Shown here: positions 58,455 through 64,000 of the stretch, in pieces
Layout of the letters: every line of letters starts with the position of its first letter
Numbering within the stretch: the stretch's first letter is position 1
DNA from: a virus
Lineage: Duplodnaviria; Heunggongvirae; Uroviricota; Caudoviricetes
Virus record (IMG/VR): IMGVR_UViG_2609459856_000007
Coordinates: 28,436-92,435 of that record
Direction: 5' to 3' (one strand)
DNA length: 64,000 nucleotides
Made by a program: the position numbers and the translations under genes
Notes under the pieces: generated by a model
Databases searched by the model: none
The model's input: the letters and a program-made list of their open reading frames with translations, nothing else
Told to the model about the DNA's origin: nothing

Positions 58455-58706
58455 ATGCCCAGTATCATTTTGTCTGACACCAGTGCAAGCGTCAGTGAGC
58501 TGAAAAAAAATCCGATGGCAACTGTCAGTGCCGGAGAGGGGTATCCTGTTGCCATTCTTAACCGGAATCAGCCAGCATTCTACTGTGTCCCTGCTGAGCT
58601 CTATGAAAGAATGCTTGATGCCTTGGATGACCAAGAGCTGGTAAAACTGGTTACTGAACGCAGCAGTCAGCCTCTGCATGATGTGGACCTGGACAGTTAT
58701 TTATGA
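58455..58706 (+). CDS. stbD: RelB/StbD-family antitoxin
   Basis: 83 aa, MPSIILSDTSASVSELKKNPMATV...; RBS AGAGG; coupled to toxin. Confidence 0.7.
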   Translation: MPSIILSDTSASVSELKKNPMATVSAGEGYPVAILNRNQPAFYCVPAELYERMLDALDDQELVKLVTERSSQPLHDVDLDSYL

Positions 58707-58990
58707 CTTATACAGTAAAATTCCGGGATGATGCACTGAAAGAATGGCTCAGACTGGACAAGACCATTCAGCAGCAGTTCGCAAAAAAACTGAAAAAATG
58801 CAGTGAAAATCCTCATATAGCTTCTGCAAAACTACGTGGATTAAAGGACTGCTATAAAATCAAACTTCGCGCATCAGGTTTTCGTCTGGTTTATCAGGTT
58901 ATTGATGATATGTTAATTATTGCGGTCGTCGCAGTAGGTAAACGTGAACGCAGCAACGTTTATCATCTCGCCAGTGAACGGATGAAATAA
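58703..58990 (+). CDS. stbE: RelE/StbE-family toxin
   Basis: 95 aa; FRLVYQVIDDMLIIAVVAVGKRERSNVY RelE/ParE-fold pattern; ATGA overlap. Confidence 0.7.
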   Translation: MTYTVKFRDDALKEWLRLDKTIQQQFAKKLKKCSENPHIASAKLRGLKDCYKIKLRASGFRLVYQVIDDMLIIAVVAVGKRERSNVYHLASERMK

Positions 58991-59849
58991 TATCCTGGTC
59001 AGCACTCTTTCTTACCTGCTTCCATTTTTTCAGTGATTCTTTTCCTGCATGCAGAAAAAAAGCCTACCCTGTGGGCAGGCATAACAGACAATCGCACAGT
59101 CAGTGTTGAAATTAATGATGTCACGCATTATACCCGGTGGATACACAAACCATCCCTGCAAATGCACTGGCATCCTAATCAACGTCTGAAACAACTGCAA
59201 TGGCCGGACCTGTGATTTCAGAGAAAGTTATTATGTTTATTGAATATAACCGAAGTGATAAATAAAAGTATTATCACCTTTAATATTTATGCTTATTGCG
59301 TGGTTTTATCTGGTTATATAAAGCACAGATGTTCTTATTATTTTCTGAAAAATAACCATATGGATCGATTTCCCCCACCCAGCCGAAGCGGTTCGGCTCG
59401 TTCGGCGTGTCGTCGACACTGAAGCGCTTATCCACTTCGTTCCAGCGGTAAGAGTTGTCGCTGTCGCTGACGAATGCCATCGGGTCGCTAAACAGCGTGA
59501 TCCGCCATGCGATCAAAAAGCGTAAGTGTTTCCGACAGACGAGCCGGTGAAAAAAGTGGTGTGTCTGGCAATACAGGCATCGTCCCCGAAATGGACGATG
59601 CCGTTGAAGGACTGGGGTATGGCAATAAGCCGCTTTATTATCGGATTCAGTGACCGCCTGGACGGTTACTTTTGAGAAAAGGCATTTACACACAATCCTA
59701 AACAGACTCCTATATTTCAGATTTTGTTATCAACGCATTTCAAATCTCTTAGAAATCATTACTGTCGTCATATTTTCCGAGGCAGCTCACCACCTAACCA
59801 TGTCTTATCAACAATATTTTGTGAAGGATATTTATAATGTAAAGACACA

Positions 59850-62800
59850 TCAGAAACGATATTCCACACTCAACATGGCAGATGTATTATGGTATCCATG
59901 TTCTCCAAGTTGAATGCCTGCATCAGCCCGGAATGCTACTTCTGGTGTTATCATTCCCACAACACCACCATTTATTTCTCCGATATCACGCGCACCATCC
60001 TGGTATATACTTACACCATTCATACTGGTGCCGAAAACACGACTATTGTGCAACCAGTGTGCCTCCACAAATGGTCTGAACGGAACCGCATACCGCGTAT
60101 TTTTACCGTTTTTGCTGGTAAGCCATGTTCTTGCTCCCAGGCGGGTGAGAATATTTCCGTTACCGGTATTTTCAATACTGGTTCCGTTACTTTCATGATA
60201 TTTGTCTGATTTTACATTCATCCGGACAACCTGAAGCTGCGGCTGAACATACCATTCATGACTTCCCTTGTAATTGTCGGTAAACTCTCCAGCCTTCCAT
60301 GAATATCCTGCTTCCAGAGATACCGTAAACCCTTTTGACTTCCATGACTCAGCAGGCAGCCGTTCTCCATTTATATGATTATCAAACCAGCTGTATTGCA
60401 GCCAGCTATCAAGATAAGAACCATTGTGTGTTTCATCATTGGCATACCATGTTGCATAAAGACCCGCTGTGTATCCATTCATTCTTCCTTCCGAATGGTA
60501 TCCGGTGCTCAGGGCATTCGTACTGTTATTATTATGACCATAGCCAGCCATCATACCTGTATGCCAGCGATCGGTACCATTCAGGCTCCACTGAGCTATA
60601 TCTCCCCCTATTAACACAACGTAGCTATTCCCCCGGGTTCTCAGCTGACTACTGTTGTCACGCCAGCGATTATGTTTTCCTTTATTATACATCCAGATAC
60701 CTGCTTCATTTTCTTCTCCTGTCATGTGGCTGATATACAACTCCTGTCCCTGTCGTTCATACAGATTCGTTACAAACAGATTATTTGCAGCAGCAATACT
60801 GGCAACATAGCTACCTGCCTCAGGACGCAAATTATTATCATGGCTTTCCGGTACAGCTTCAGGTTGTGGTACAGGAATGTCTTTTCTGCTAATCAGATAC
60901 CAGTTAGTGCTGTTAATCCCCTGACCACGTTTCAGTATGTAATCATAAGCTCCGGCTGTAATACGTTCCGTCTGAATGAATTCAGCATTATCAGCATTGC
61001 CACTGACGTGAATCACTTCAATCCCATTAAGTGTCTCTGCACCAGTACCACCGGCCTGAGTAACAGCGACACGGGTACGGCCACTGGCATTACCTTTAAT
61101 CACCAGACGATCTGTTTTCGAATTGTCACCACCTGTTTCTGTCTGGAGGAGAATAAGTCCATTTCTGCCAGTGTAATTCCCTCCGACAGTCAGTATATTA
61201 CCCGGCATATATGTAGTGAGATCGACTATACCACTATTGCTCAGATTTCCTGCAACGCCCCCAAACCCGGAGAGTTTGCCCTGCTCTTCAACAATGACCT
61301 GGTTACTGCCGAGCATCACCGGTGAATCTGCGTTCCCCAGTATCACTGTCCCCTGAATAATATCTGTCATCCCGGTCCATTTTGCGTTATCGCTAATGTT
61401 CAGTGCACCTGCTCCCGTCTTGCGAACATTACCATAACCACTGATATTGTTGGTAAGCTGCCATGCTGATGTACTGTTCAGAGTTAATGTGCCATAGTTA
61501 TCAACAAAGGCTGTCCCCAGATTATCAGCCGTGGATACAGCCAAATGAGCCCCCTTATTCACGGTAAAAACACCGGAAAAATTACGATTATTACCCGTTA
61601 TATCAAGCATTCCCCCATTTATGTTCAGAGAACCATCCCCTGCAATAGTACCTGCAGATTCTCCTCCATTATTCAGTATCAGACTTCCGCCATGAATGTT
61701 CAGCACAGAGCCTGCAGCCGTCAGTAGTTTGCTTATTGTCTGAGGATACCCATTCATATCCAGTTCTGCGCCACGGGATAAATATAAATACTCAGTCCGA
61801 CCAAGAGCATCAGGTGCAGCAAGAATTAATACGCCAGATTTAACCTCTGTATTTCCTGTATAATTGTTTGTTGCAGAAAGTATAAGAGTACCATTACCTG
61901 ATTTTGTCAGACTTTTGCCGTCCCAGCCATCATATAATAAAGGTGAAAGATTATCGGAAAGAGAAACGCCTATGTTCAGAGTGGCATCTTTTTCTATATT
62001 AAAGGTTCCATATCCCATCCCTTTTGTATTATTCCATCTCAGCATGGATATCAGTTTGTTATCGTCGTCATTTAAAGACGTATAAACATAACTTTCAGCA
62101 CCTTCTGTCAGTAATACATTGTATTGTACAATGTGACTATTATCAGCGATCGAGATACCTGTGTCTGACGACAATAATGTGTAATAGTCCTGAGTCCAGT
62201 TCTTAATTGATGTGTCTATATTAAGCCATGAATCACTTTTTAATGTAATAGTATTTGCGTGAACATTAGCATTTCCTACAGACAGGTTCATAGATGCGTC
62301 TTCATCAATACTTATATTTCCGTTAAAAATGGAGTTCTTGCCTGACAGATAAACAGATGAGCCATTCCCAATCATTAGCCCACCATTAATTGCTGTTGCG
62401 TTATTGATGTTTTTAATAATTAATTCATTTGTACCATTAACAGGTATACTAGCTAGTTTAATATCACCATTAATCACAGAATCTGAATAAATATCTAATG
62501 AATTATACCCGCCAGAAAAAATCATTGATGTATTATAAGCATCTTTTTGGCTATTATATAATCCTGAAAGATTACCATGATTATTAATATGGATATCTTC
62601 TCCATAAACAGAGCAACCACCGTCGGGGCCATATCCCCCCTGAACAATACCGTTATTATTCAAAGTGATTTGATTTCCAGAAATAGCATCTCCCCCTTGT
62701 TTTATTCCATATCCTCCAGATATCATGTTGTCGTTAGTAATGAAAAGATTACTACCATTAATACCATCACCACCGTTTACGCCATTACCGCCCAATATTC

Positions 62801-63347
62801 CTCCGGAATTATGCACTGTAATATTGCTACCGGTTACACCGGAACCACCTGTCCCACCTACATCATCACCTCCGTATATACTTCTGTAATTATCAACTAT
62901 AATATCATCCCCGCTTAACCCTGCACCTCCGCTACTTCCTGAGCCACCAAGACCATTACCCCCATATACATTTCTGTAATTGTTTATAGATATTTTGTTG
63001 CCACTAACAGCAATTCCACCATTATATCCATCTCCTCCCCAAACACTACCATTATTATTTAGCGTAAAGTTTTCACCGTAGACACCTGCACCACCGATTG
63101 ATGTATTGCTTGTTCCTCCTTTGATGTTAATACTGCTTTCAACAGATAGTATATTTTGAGTATAACTTGTTTTATACGGCACGCTGATATTAAGCGCCGC
63201 GTTTCCATCAACACCTGTAATACTCCTGGTTATACTTTCAGGTATACCATTACCATTCAGTTGTATTGTTTGCGCACCAGAAAAATGAGACTGCACAGAA
63301 TAAAGTATACTGACCAGAAATTGTAAAATTCGTATATTCTTATTCAT
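59850..63347 (-). CDS. autotransporter adhesin (type Va)
   Basis: Signal peptide MNKNIRILQFLVSILYSVQSHFSGAQT; Gly/Asn-rich beta-helical passenger repeats; C-terminal beta-barrel ending ...SVEYRF. Confidence 0.85.
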   Translation of the reverse strand: MNKNIRILQFLVSILYSVQSHFSGAQTIQLNGNGIPESITRSITGVDGNAALNISVPYKTSYTQNILSVESSINIKGGTSNTSIGGAGVYGENFTLNNNGSVWGGDGYNGGIAVSGNKISINNYRNVYGGNGLGGSGSSGGAGLSGDDIIVDNYRSIYGGDDVGGTGGSGVTGSNITVHNSGGILGGNGVNGGDGINGSNLFITNDNMISGGYGIKQGGDAISGNQITLNNNGIVQGGYGPDGGCSVYGEDIHINNHGNLSGLYNSQKDAYNTSMIFSGGYNSLDIYSDSVINGDIKLASIPVNGTNELIIKNINNATAINGGLMIGNGSSVYLSGKNSIFNGNISIDEDASMNLSVGNANVHANTITLKSDSWLNIDTSIKNWTQDYYTLLSSDTGISIADNSHIVQYNVLLTEGAESYVYTSLNDDDNKLISMLRWNNTKGMGYGTFNIEKDATLNIGVSLSDNLSPLLYDGWDGKSLTKSGNGTLILSATNNYTGNTEVKSGVLILAAPDALGRTEYLYLSRGAELDMNGYPQTISKLLTAAGSVLNIHGGSLILNNGGESAGTIAGDGSLNINGGMLDITGNNRNFSGVFTVNKGAHLAVSTADNLGTAFVDNYGTLTLNSTSAWQLTNNISGYGNVRKTGAGALNISDNAKWTGMTDIIQGTVILGNADSPVMLGSNQVIVEEQGKLSGFGGVAGNLSNSGIVDLTTYMPGNILTVGGNYTGRNGLILLQTETGGDNSKTDRLVIKGNASGRTRVAVTQAGGTGAETLNGIEVIHVSGNADNAEFIQTERITAGAYDYILKRGQGINSTNWYLISRKDIPVPQPEAVPESHDNNLRPEAGSYVASIAAANNLFVTNLYERQGQELYISHMTGEENEAGIWMYNKGKHNRWRDNSSQLRTRGNSYVVLIGGDIAQWSLNGTDRWHTGMMAGYGHNNNSTNALSTGYHSEGRMNGYTAGLYATWYANDETHNGSYLDSWLQYSWFDNHINGERLPAESWKSKGFTVSLEAGYSWKAGEFTDNYKGSHEWYVQPQLQVVRMNVKSDKYHESNGTSIENTGNGNILTRLGARTWLTSKNGKNTRYAVPFRPFVEAHWLHNSRVFGTSMNGVSIYQDGARDIGEINGGVVGMITPEVAFRADAGIQLGEHGYHNTSAMLSVEYRF

Positions 63348-63593
63348 ACTGTTTTTTCTTTAGTGATGCATTTTTTATCAACCACACAAGCACATTATTT
63401 CATTGATACTAATCACATCAGGATGAATGTTTTTTCTCAATAGAAATAAGTGTCTTTATTCCTTACCAATTTATTCTGGTTATTCCTCTTATCCAGACGT
63501 CTCGTGATACTCCCTGTATTTATTATAGAGTATATATATGTACTGCGTTTAAATCATGAAGACGACAACCTGTTTTACATAAATTATTCCTAA

Positions 63594-64000
<407 letters not shown>

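Overview
The 64 kb window is a mosaic of three kinds of DNA; no CRISPR array or classical restriction-modification gene was found. (1) About 1-31.98 kb is a phage or phage-plasmid-like module, all calls by motif only: SF2 helicase, two ParB-like nuclease-domain genes, a minimal ABC-type ATPase, putative portal/scaffold/capsid genes, an Ig-like (Big_2) gene followed by a fibre ORF in another frame, a 1130-aa tail fibre with a C-terminal chaperone domain, Rz/Rz1 spanins, a TacA/TacT-like toxin-antitoxin pair, ParA/ParG-like partition genes, a GIY-YIG nuclease, a Toprim-only protein, a secreted Sel1-repeat protein, DNA ligase, tRNA-Asn, PhoH, a tyrosine recombinase and a vWA + AAA+ (CobT/CobS-like) pair. 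A conserved palindromic motif (TAAGTA-n-TACTTA) recurs at 11 places, only in this module. (2) About 31.98-50.05 kb is bacteriophage P1-like DNA in canonical order: truncated ppp phosphatase, LexA box, humD, phd-doc, lpa, pacA with the pac hexamer cluster, pacB, c1, coi, C1 operators, loxP (exact 34-bp site), cre, ref and mat. (3) At about 50.1-54.1 kb, where P1 carries the EcoP1I res-mod genes, sits a five-gene minus-strand cargo cluster (a DUF2971-like protein, a HicA-like small protein and three unknowns). I consider this the best candidate for an undescribed defence or abortive-infection system, though no enzymatic motif is recognisable from sequence alone. Beyond it lies chromosome-like DNA: a truncated U32-peptidase fragment, a short-form cytochrome bd oxidase operon, a RelE/StbE-type toxin-antitoxin pair, an autotransporter and the left end of IS5. 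All homology statements are from reading the translations and recalling families; no database search was run, and the module labels (SSU5-like, P1 gene positions) are from memory.
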